Assembly (NCBI GenBank): GCA_020637335.1
Contig: JACJWC010000001.1
Span: 192,996-224,995, forward strand
Direction: 5' to 3'
Origin: Acidobacteriota bacterium
Lineage (GTDB): Bacteria > Acidobacteriota > Holophagae > Acanthopleuribacterales > Acanthopleuribacteraceae
Length of the DNA stretch: 32,000 nucleotides
The notes beneath the pieces are model-generated. The model made no database searches. It was given only the letters and a program-made list of their open reading frames with translations, and was not told the DNA's origin. Positions 25,851-32,000 of this stretch are shown piece after piece; positions within the stretch are counted from its first letter, which is position 1; every line of letters starts with the position of its first letter. The position numbers and the translations under genes are program-made.

Positions 25851-26610
25851 ATTGGGAACCCCCAAAACGGGCCATTGCTATTTCGTAATCTAGGATAGGT
25901 GCTTCAATCCATCCTTGCGCGGATAAAGGCCCAGTCGGGTCGACAAAAATCATGCTGTAGGCATTGCCAGGATTGGCGTAGGGTTTGGAAAACGGGAGCT
26001 CGGTCAAGGCGATATCCAAAGTGAAGGCTCGTTCGCTCTGGGCTACTAGCCAGTGGCCATTATGACGATCATCCGACATGGTCAATACATCACCGGGTCC
26101 CAAAATGCGATCCATGTGCGGTTTTAATAAGACGTGGCCGTGGGTTTCTTCGGAAAATTGGCGATCAAAAGTGCGTACATGGAACCGGCCGGCAAGGATG
26201 AGATGCGCGCTGACCATTTGGTTATGAACGTGGGGCACGACCGCAGTACCTTTGGCATTGGCAAAAATTTTGGGCGCCAAGCGAACGGTTTGCGCCCCAA
26301 AGGCTTCAGTTTGGACGCGAAAAATTTTGGAACCCTGCTTGGGCAGTTGTTGTTGTGCGTACAAGTGTTCAAAATCCAGCAAGCGCAATAATTCTGCCAG
26401 ATCAATATCCTGGCACAGGGTTTGGACAGCATCCTGCCACATCATGGGATCCGTTTCAGCCTGACGCAGAGCGGTCGCCAAGGCCTGATGGCCCTGCCAC
26501 CACGCATTAACTGTTTTGGACTTTTGGCTCTCTGCTGACCAGCCCAATCGGCTAATGGCATAAATCCATCCCCATTGAATCAGGGATTGCAGAAAAACTT
26601 GGCGTTGCAT
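25849..26610 (-). CDS. hypothetical protein with a cupin-like (cysteine-dioxygenase-like) C-terminal half
   Basis: 253-aa ORF with GAGGAC upstream of ATG 26608-26610. VPHVHNQMVSAHLILAGRFHVRTF resembles the HxH...hhxG cupin motif 1 of CDO-type proteins, and later His residues follow (GHVLL, HNGHW). The product call is tentative. Confidence 0.55.
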   Translation of the reverse strand: MQRQVFLQSLIQWGWIYAISRLGWSAESQKSKTVNAWWQGHQALATALRQAETDPMMWQDAVQTLCQDIDLAELLRLLDFEHLYAQQQLPKQGSKIFRVQTEAFGAQTVRLAPKIFANAKGTAVVPHVHNQMVSAHLILAGRFHVRTFDRQFSEETHGHVLLKPHMDRILGPGDVLTMSDDRHNGHWLVAQSERAFTLDIALTELPFSKPYANPGNAYSMIFVDPTGPLSAQGWIEAPILDYEIAMARFGGSQ

Positions 26611-27096
26611 GGGGTCCTCGTCACGGAATAGCGTTTGACCGTTTCTTATTAGTTTTATAGCTTACAAGGAAGTTTTTTATCCTGGTCACCAAATCATTAC
26701 AGAAATCCATTTTTCCCCGAAGAATCCATATTGGGTTCAAATACATTAAAGAATTGAGTTGAGTGTCACATATTTGGTCAAGGAGACCACGCTGGTGAGC
26801 AGTTTTCCTTGTTTGGGTTAGGTTCGGATCCCGAAAAGTACCACCATCCTAACCATTTATTAGATACCCGTGCCACTGCGAGTCGCCTATCTCCGATACC
26901 GTTACCGTTGGCAATGGTGGGACCGCGGCCTTTAACGGATCGTCCGGTGGTGTTGCTGGCCAAAAAGTAACGGGCACCTACGCCACAGCCTAACTCACCT
27001 TCCCCATGGAAGCTGTGGCCAACGAAGCTGATCGGTTCGCAATCCTACTCGCCTTCCTGGCCGGTTGTCCTTAACCTTAACCCTTCAAACTGAAAC

Positions 27097-27121
27097 GGGG
27101 ATGCCGAGGCACCCCTTTTTT
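27097..27121. terminator. hairpin terminator at the 3' end of the beta-propeller gene; the T6 tract is on the plus strand
   Basis: GGGG(A)TGC (27097-27104), a CGAG loop, and GCACCCC (27109-27115), then TTTTTT (27116-27121). Read on the minus strand the hairpin is followed by GTTTCAGTTT. Confidence 0.65.
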
Positions 27122-28235
27122 ATTGGATCCTATAAACCACAATAAAAAAATCGTCGTCATGCTTTTGCAGACTGTAGGCCCGATTGGCAAAGACGGTCAT
27201 GCTCGGCTGGTAACCGCGATAATTTAAGCGAACCAAACCCCAACTTGGGATTTCGATCTCACCTTGCGAGCCGCTTTCCGACACTAAAATAGCATTGGCC
27301 TTTCCACTCATTAAGTCCAATTCACGGACGACCATTAACAGGTCAGGACGCAGTGCAAAAATCCCCAAAATGGTGTCTTTAGTAGTAGGGATTTCGGCTT
27401 GCTGAATGGCTTCCGCAACGACTGCTGGCGTTATGATCTCCATTAGTTCTCGGTCTGCCCGGATTTCTTCCAACAGGGCATCCACCAATATTTCCTGGTC
27501 CGTCTCTGATCGCATTTGGGGTGAATGTGAAAAAGAAATTTGTTTGCTTTTTTTTACCCCCAGGTCCCATTTTTGAATGCTGGGTTCGCGACACAACGCG
27601 CTGTACAAGTTGCCCTTTTGGTCATAACAAAAATGGGTGCGGGTTTTAAAAAACCGTTCCAAATTGCCGGCTAAATGATTGACCCAAAAGCGACGGTCGC
27701 GCTGACTTTCCACGGCAACTTGCGTTTCCTGAATGAGGTTCTGTACTTCAAAATCGAAATTAAAAATGGCAGTCCCAGCTTTTTTCCCAGGAGCTTCCAA
27801 TAGGATATAGCTGGCAGTAAATTGATTGGAAACCGGGCTGATCGCAGCTTGAATCAGGATCAGGGATGATCCGAGCTTGGTTTTTTGGTCCAGAAAATGA
27901 TAACCCCCATCAAAGGCATGGATCTGAGCAACAACCCGCTCGACCTCCAAAGCAACTGCGTCCTGGCCTCGCGGTACCATGTCGAGCAACCCTGAAAATT
28001 CACCCGGTCCGGATCCTTTCTGAGCAACAGTGCGCAGAAGCTTACCCTCCGAGTCCAATAACCATACCCCGTTGGACAAAGGATCCACGATTAGAATGTT
28101 GCCATTGGCATCACCATGAACCATTGCATCGGGCCCCAAAAAGGCGTAATCCGCTTGGGCTGGGATTTCAATTCGTTTTTCTTGGACCAGGAAGGGTTCA
28201 TTAAGGGCCAGCAAGCAAAGGGTCAGAAACAACAC
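27120..28235 (-). CDS. NHL-repeat / 6-bladed beta-propeller protein with an N-terminal hydrophobic signal-like segment
   Basis: GTG start at 28233-28235 with GGAGGTGG 4-5 nt upstream. N-terminus LFLTLCLLAL. KGSGPGEFSGL is the G-x-GPGEF signature of NHL/6-bladed propeller blades, and the remainder is strand-rich. Confidence 0.75.
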   Translation of the reverse strand: MLFLTLCLLALNEPFLVQEKRIEIPAQADYAFLGPDAMVHGDANGNILIVDPLSNGVWLLDSEGKLLRTVAQKGSGPGEFSGLLDMVPRGQDAVALEVERVVAQIHAFDGGYHFLDQKTKLGSSLILIQAAISPVSNQFTASYILLEAPGKKAGTAIFNFDFEVQNLIQETQVAVESQRDRRFWVNHLAGNLERFFKTRTHFCYDQKGNLYSALCREPSIQKWDLGVKKSKQISFSHSPQMRSETDQEILVDALLEEIRADRELMEIITPAVVAEAIQQAEIPTTKDTILGIFALRPDLLMVVRELDLMSGKANAILVSESGSQGEIEIPSWGLVRLNYRGYQPSMTVFANRAYSLQKHDDDFFIVVYRIQ

Positions 28236-28310
28236 AATCCACCTCCAGCTAGCTCCAAACGGAAGAGCGTGAAAAGGGTTTCCCTTTTCTACTCCTTTTG
28301 TTGAATTTCC

Positions 28311-29393
28311 TCAGCGTTTTTCTAAGGGCAGCCCGTACCAGACGGTTTCCCAGATTTCCATGGAGTAATGCTGCACATGCCAACGGTAATTGGGCAGCAA
28401 TTCGCTGAGCTGGATGGGGATTTGGTAAAGATGGGTTGGATGATGGTAAATGCAAATGGCCAGTTGCGGACGAAAACGCATCAAGCTTTGTTTGGCGCCC
28501 TCAATCGCTTCCGGTTCCGAGCCCTCGATATCCAACTTAAAGAAATCCAAACGATCAAGGCCTTGTTCCTGAACCCAGTCATCCAAACGAACAGCCTGAA
28601 TTTGACGGGTGGTTGGTTCATTGGGCGACCGAACCACCTTGCTCGCACCACCGGATTCGGCGGCTTCAAGGGCATCCTGGGAAAAATTTAAGCTGGTATT
28701 TTCGTTCCACAATCCTTTGGCGTGGACATGGACCCGATGGGGATCCAGTTGGGGTCGATAAGGACCTTGCTCATACAACTCGATAAAGGGTTCGAATCCA
28801 TGTAAGTGCGCCGTCTCAGGCATGCGCTTCATAAACTGTTGGCTGGTGAAACCATCAAAAACGCCGCCTTCAACCGCGACCTGAATTGAATCAAAATTGA
28901 TAAAGTCCAGGTACTGACGCTTGGGGTGCAAATCCCTGGCCTGCACATGCATTTTTAAGGCGTCCGGTTTTCCGCGCCGCGCTTCGATAATGGCCTCGTA
29001 TACAGCGCGATCTTCATCACTAGACAACAATTGACGAGCCCGATCCAAATGTTCCTCTGTCGCGGGATGTAACAAGCTGTAGTGGTGCATCAAAGCAGGA
29101 TGACCCAACCAGATAGGCGACAATTCCATGCGTTTTAATTGCTGGTGAATCTCCTCAATGAAACCAGAGGAAATCAAGATCGCATCGTATTGGCTGCGAT
29201 TGGTTTGTAGGGTTTCTGGGTTCCAGATCGGTCGGCCGAATTTTTGGCCGGATTGATGGTTGTCGGCAAAGGCAACTATCTCCACATCAGGGCGTTCCTG
29301 GAAAATGGCGCGCGCGACCACTTCCCCAAAGGTGCCTGCGCCAAACAAGATGAGGCGTGTATTGGACGGAATTTGGGTGACTTCTGAAATCAT
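28311..29393 (-). CDS. FkbM-family SAM-dependent methyltransferase with an N-terminal small Rossmann-like (GxGxxG) module
   Basis: ATG at 29391-29393 gives an ATGA overlap with the upstream gene stop; the track start 29480 would overlap that gene by 90 nt. N-terminal module TRLILFGAGTFGEVVARAIF...VAFADNHQSGQKFGRPIW at 29166-29360. FkbM-like HGFEPF, GLWNENTSLNF and LDFFKLDIEGSEPEAIEGA. Confidence 0.8.
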   Translation of the reverse strand: MISEVTQIPSNTRLILFGAGTFGEVVARAIFQERPDVEIVAFADNHQSGQKFGRPIWNPETLQTNRSQYDAILISSGFIEEIHQQLKRMELSPIWLGHPALMHHYSLLHPATEEHLDRARQLLSSDEDRAVYEAIIEARRGKPDALKMHVQARDLHPKRQYLDFINFDSIQVAVEGGVFDGFTSQQFMKRMPETAHLHGFEPFIELYEQGPYRPQLDPHRVHVHAKGLWNENTSLNFSQDALEAAESGGASKVVRSPNEPTTRQIQAVRLDDWVQEQGLDRLDFFKLDIEGSEPEAIEGAKQSLMRFRPQLAICIYHHPTHLYQIPIQLSELLPNYRWHVQHYSMEIWETVWYGLPLEKR

Positions 29394-31063
29394 GGGTGCT
29401 GCTCCAAAAATGGCGTTAAAAACTGGGCAAGTTGATGAATATGCGTTTTGGATTCGAAATGGTGGCGATGCGATTGGCAAAACGCCAATCGTTCTTGCCA
29501 GGCCGGCGAATGAAGGGTGCTGGGTAAACTATCCAACTCTGACGCTTCTAGATAGAGGAAGAAGGGGCTGGGAAAATGCTGGCCAATTTCGGTCATGGTC
29601 CGGTTTAGGATACAAGGTAAACCGGCAGCACCCAAAAGCATCTGACTGGAGGTCACCGTTGAAAGGCGGAAGGCCAACATCAGGTCGCGCAAAACAGGAT
29701 CCTTGATATTGGCCAATAGGTCGATCCACTTGTAGGTATTATCTAAAATCCAACCGGCGTGAAACCGACTGACCTCATAAATCAAAGCCTTTTGATCCTG
29801 GATTGAGGGGTGATTGTGGAAAAACGACATTTCCTCGGCGCTTAAAGAAGCGATAAAGGCCTCAGTTTTATGGTTTTGCACGTAGTTATGCACGTGGAGA
29901 CCCATGGCCAAAACACGCCGTAGTAGGGCAGCAATATCGCGCAAGTCGTCATCCATGCCACCAACCAGTGCGATATGAAAGCCGTCCTTTTCTCTTTCAG
30001 CCAACTGCTCAACCGATTCGTTGTAGCGCAAATACGAGAGGGTTGGTTGCCGCAAGCCCAAACTGTTGCGCAACAAGGTTTGGCCACCCGGTAAATTGGA
30101 ATTAAGGATTAACCCATCGGCCTGATGGACCATGCGCTGATAGATCGTCAAATAGTCGGCTTGGTAGTCCAAATTTTTTGTAATCGGTGAAACCATGTCG
30201 TATAGGTAAAGGACCACCGGGACCTGAGCCAACGCCATCAGGGCGGTGGGATAGGCCATCGAGGCAATTGCTTTCCGCGTGTCAAAGCCGGGGATCAGGT
30301 AGGAAACGTGATTGATTAACACCACCCCGCGCTCCAGGTTTTGTAAGAGCCAAACCCGTTGAGGCAGGTTCAAAATCGCTTTGTGCTCAAAGGGTAGGTC
30401 CATAAAGCGCGTATCCGGGGCTGCGTATAAGATGTGTTCGCGGCGGCTGGTCAGGAACACATTAAATCCCTGCGTCTCTAGGGCAGCATAGGTCGGGCAG
30501 TAATTGTTGAAATATTGGGCATCTAGAACCACGACAGGTCGATTGGCCGCATGGATAACGTCTCGAAAGCCTTGGACTTGGGCTAGCTCTTCTGCGTTCA
30601 TCTCCATTTCCAGGACATCCGAGACTTCAAAAAAATCCTCAGCCAGCAGGACCCGTTGATCCTTCAGTTGGGCCAAAAAATGGGTTTGTAAGTCCGGGTC
30701 TCGGGTCACCATAAACCATAAATCGGGATTTTGATTTTTGACCTCGGCCAAACGCTGGATTGGAATCCCTTCAATTTGTCCTGTTTTATAGGTGTCGCAA
30801 ATATAAACGTTTTCAAATTGACTTTGAAAATAGGGCACCAAATCGGGTACGAAGGAACTACAAGGGATGATGGCAATATTCCGGATCGTGCGATTGAATC
30901 GTGCTGCAAACCGATCGCGCATGGGACAGTACGGCACAAAGCTTTTTGGGTTTAACCAAAGGTACTGGCCTTCCACCTCGAGCATAATGGCTTCAGCATC
31001 CAGTGCCAATCCGCTGGCCGCATTCTTCAGGGCTTCAAAAAAAGGCGCGAGGATTTTCGCCAT
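29390..31063 (-). CDS. GT-B-fold glycosyltransferase-like protein, 557 aa, with a degenerate N-terminal Rossmann-like module
   Basis: ATG at 31061-31063 with GAGG about 10 nt upstream. The C-terminal half (HIALVGG...GLHVHNY...FHAGW...VTSSQMLLGAAGLPCIL) follows the GT4-like pattern (compare K-x-x-E-Y-x-A-A-G-x-P-V). N-terminal IRNIAIIPCSS...VYICDTYKTGQIEGIPIQ lies at 30704-30886. Family not assignable by eye. Confidence 0.6.
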   Translation of the reverse strand: MAKILAPFFEALKNAASGLALDAEAIMLEVEGQYLWLNPKSFVPYCPMRDRFAARFNRTIRNIAIIPCSSFVPDLVPYFQSQFENVYICDTYKTGQIEGIPIQRLAEVKNQNPDLWFMVTRDPDLQTHFLAQLKDQRVLLAEDFFEVSDVLEMEMNAEELAQVQGFRDVIHAANRPVVVLDAQYFNNYCPTYAALETQGFNVFLTSRREHILYAAPDTRFMDLPFEHKAILNLPQRVWLLQNLERGVVLINHVSYLIPGFDTRKAIASMAYPTALMALAQVPVVLYLYDMVSPITKNLDYQADYLTIYQRMVHQADGLILNSNLPGGQTLLRNSLGLRQPTLSYLRYNESVEQLAEREKDGFHIALVGGMDDDLRDIAALLRRVLAMGLHVHNYVQNHKTEAFIASLSAEEMSFFHNHPSIQDQKALIYEVSRFHAGWILDNTYKWIDLLANIKDPVLRDLMLAFRLSTVTSSQMLLGAAGLPCILNRTMTEIGQHFPSPFFLYLEASELDSLPSTLHSPAWQERLAFCQSHRHHFESKTHIHQLAQFLTPFLEQHP

Positions 31064-31170
31064 TTAGATCGCCTCAGAAACAAAAGTTTTTGAACAGGAT
31101 CTGAAGGCATCTGCCCTTATCAACGCCAGGTGCTTGAACTTTTCCAAATGCAAGAATCCTTTCATGCTGT

Positions 31171-32000
31171 CTAAGCTTGTATGTATTTTCGGAGAAATGG
31201 GATCAAGCCTTTAATTTGGCTTTCCAGGCAACTCATTTCACGAAAGGCCATAAGCCCAGGAATTCGACTTTCGCGCGTCTGTCTGGAAAAGAGTTGCTGA
31301 AGGTCAGTTTCCTGGAGTTCACCCACCGACCAGCCCATTTGGTATTCCCTCACCCATTCCGCCATGCCGCTCAGGTAAGAACCCAAAACGACCGGAATGC
31401 CTGCGGCAGCATAGGTCAGAATTTTTTTGCTGACGGTAACCGGGTGGCTGACGGTCTGCAAACTGTTGGCGGGTGGCGAACCCCATTGCAAACCTGCAAA
31501 TGCGCGGTTTATGTTCTGCAGTAAGGTTTGGACCGGGAGAGTGGGCAGGAGATGAAAGTTTGCATTGGCTTGGAGACGCAGGTAGTTAGGGTAATGCAAA
31601 TCAAACAAGTTTTGTGGGCTGGTCAGGTAGGCATCCAACTTAAAGCCTTGATGAATTAAGCTCTGAAAAATCGGCAGCAACTGATTATCGCCATACAATC
31701 TAGGATCGGTCTGTTCTGACGCGATGTGTCCGGCATAAACTAAACGCGCAGCTTCTTCACATCCTTGGGGTTGCAAAAATGTGGTTCGGCTGTGGCCGGG
31801 TAAGAAATGGTGGCTTGGCGCAGGTAACTGGTTCCCGCATCCGTCTTTTACGATAAAGCCTGACGTTATAGCGTTTTGCTCGCAGAACAGAGCCAAGCGC
31901 ACATCCTCTTCGCTCCAAAATCCTTGGTGGGCAAGGATGTAAGGGTCATCAAAGGTGAATCGCAGGACATCGTACAGAGCCAAAACAGTTGGTACGTTGG
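31171..32000 (-). CDS. GT-B-fold glycosyltransferase-like protein, paralogue of 29390-31063 (N-terminus beyond the right edge)
   Basis: The frame stays open from 31983 to 32000, so the TTG at 31983 in the track is probably internal. VTVSKKILTYAAAGIPVVLG is a GT4-like acceptor/donor-binding segment. It is colinear with the C-terminal ~270 aa of the neighbouring protein (LYDV/LYDM, NFHLLP..RAFAGLQW versus FFHNHP..RFHAGW). Confidence 0.6.
   Translation of the reverse strand, partial: NVPTVLALYDVLRFTFDDPYILAHQGFWSEEDVRLALFCEQNAITSGFIVKDGCGNQLPAPSHHFLPGHSRTTFLQPQGCEEAARLVYAGHIASEQTDPRLYGDNQLLPIFQSLIHQGFKLDAYLTSPQNLFDLHYPNYLRLQANANFHLLPTLPVQTLLQNINRAFAGLQWGSPPANSLQTVSHPVTVSKKILTYAAAGIPVVLGSYLSGMAEWVREYQMGWSVGELQETDLQQLFSRQTRESRIPGLMAFREMSCLESQIKGLIPFLRKYIQA

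Noticed and set aside
26818-26846. tRNA/tmRNA-like 3' end: GGTTCGGATCC (one mismatch from the T-loop consensus GGTTCGAATCC), followed about 12 nt later by CCACCA.
   Set aside because: The putative T-stem has an A-C mismatch. The spacing to CCA does not give a 7-nt acceptor strand plus discriminator. No complementary 5' acceptor strand (GGTACTT or GTACTTT) and no D-arm exist in the 80 nt upstream. Most likely coincidence.
26778-26963. 61-aa minus-strand ORF (TTG start) as a real small protein or peptide precursor downstream of the beta-propeller gene.
   Set aside because: It has a TTG start without an RBS, lies beyond a terminator hairpin and has an unremarkable composition. It is better explained as part of a decayed ORF. 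It is kept only as part of the 26611-27119 finding.
5615-29480. Upstream-most starts given by the ORF track for several genes: 2618, 5615, 8961, 14835, 14844, 21448, 22669, 25166 and 29480.
   Set aside because: In each case an internal ATG 9-114 nt downstream has a proper GGAGG-type RBS. Each also fits one of three further patterns. It either begins a signal peptide, or gives the canonical family length (LysR), or creates an ATGA overlap with the upstream gene instead of a 90-nt overlap (29393 versus 29480).
1-32000. Searched by eye for CRISPR-like direct repeats, long terminal or inverted repeats, transposase, integrase or recombinase genes, toxin-antitoxin pairs, reverse transcriptases and rRNA/tRNA genes.
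   Set aside because: None found. The only repeats seen are short intergenic hairpins and the protein-level duplication in 19400-21421. Visual scanning cannot exclude short or degenerate elements, and a repeat finder or tRNAscan/Infernal run would be decisive.

Overview
This 32-kb window is a densely coded stretch of bacterial chromosome. It holds about 28 protein-coding genes on both strands. Most starts have GGAGG-type ribosome-binding sites, and several genes show 1-4 nt stop/start overlaps. I recognised no rRNA, tRNA, CRISPR array, transposase, integrase or phage gene.

The window splits into four blocks:
- Block 1 (1-9.9 kb) is an envelope/export block. It contains a partial secreted beta-barrel-like protein, a TPR-like protein and a secreted dockerin-like protein carrying a CxxCH cytochrome-c-type domain. 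These are followed by an ABC-2 exporter pair, a DUF1549/DUF1553 protein, a TAT-exported DUF1501 protein and a protein with a PEP-CTERM/IPTL-CTERM-like sorting tail.
- Block 2 (9.9-18.1 kb) starts with a 703-aa orphan protein followed by a divergent tailoring locus. On the minus strand, a radical SAM enzyme is translationally coupled to a glycosyltransferase-like fusion. On the plus strand sit an orphan 186-aa protein, a PhyH-type Fe(II)/2OG oxygenase, a TylF-type methyltransferase and a zinc-ribbon C-methyltransferase-like enzyme.
- Block 3 (18.1-27.1 kb) is ordinary mixed content: an AlaX-type editing protein, a large secreted protein with an internal tandem duplication, a polysaccharide deacetylase, an FMN glutamate-synthase-like protein, a LysR/YceI divergent pair, a cupin-like protein and a 509-bp gap without a convincing gene.
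- Block 4 (27.1-32.0 kb) is a second tailoring operon: two paralogous GT-B-like proteins, an FkbM-type methyltransferase and an NHL/6-bladed beta-propeller protein.

The best candidate for an undescribed system is blocks 2 and 4 taken together. Four different enzymes in them carry the same small Rossmann-like module. No substrate gene (precursor peptide or nucleotide-sugar activation/export genes) is visible.

All family names come from motif recognition by eye. No database search or structure prediction was possible, and lineage cannot be assigned from this window.
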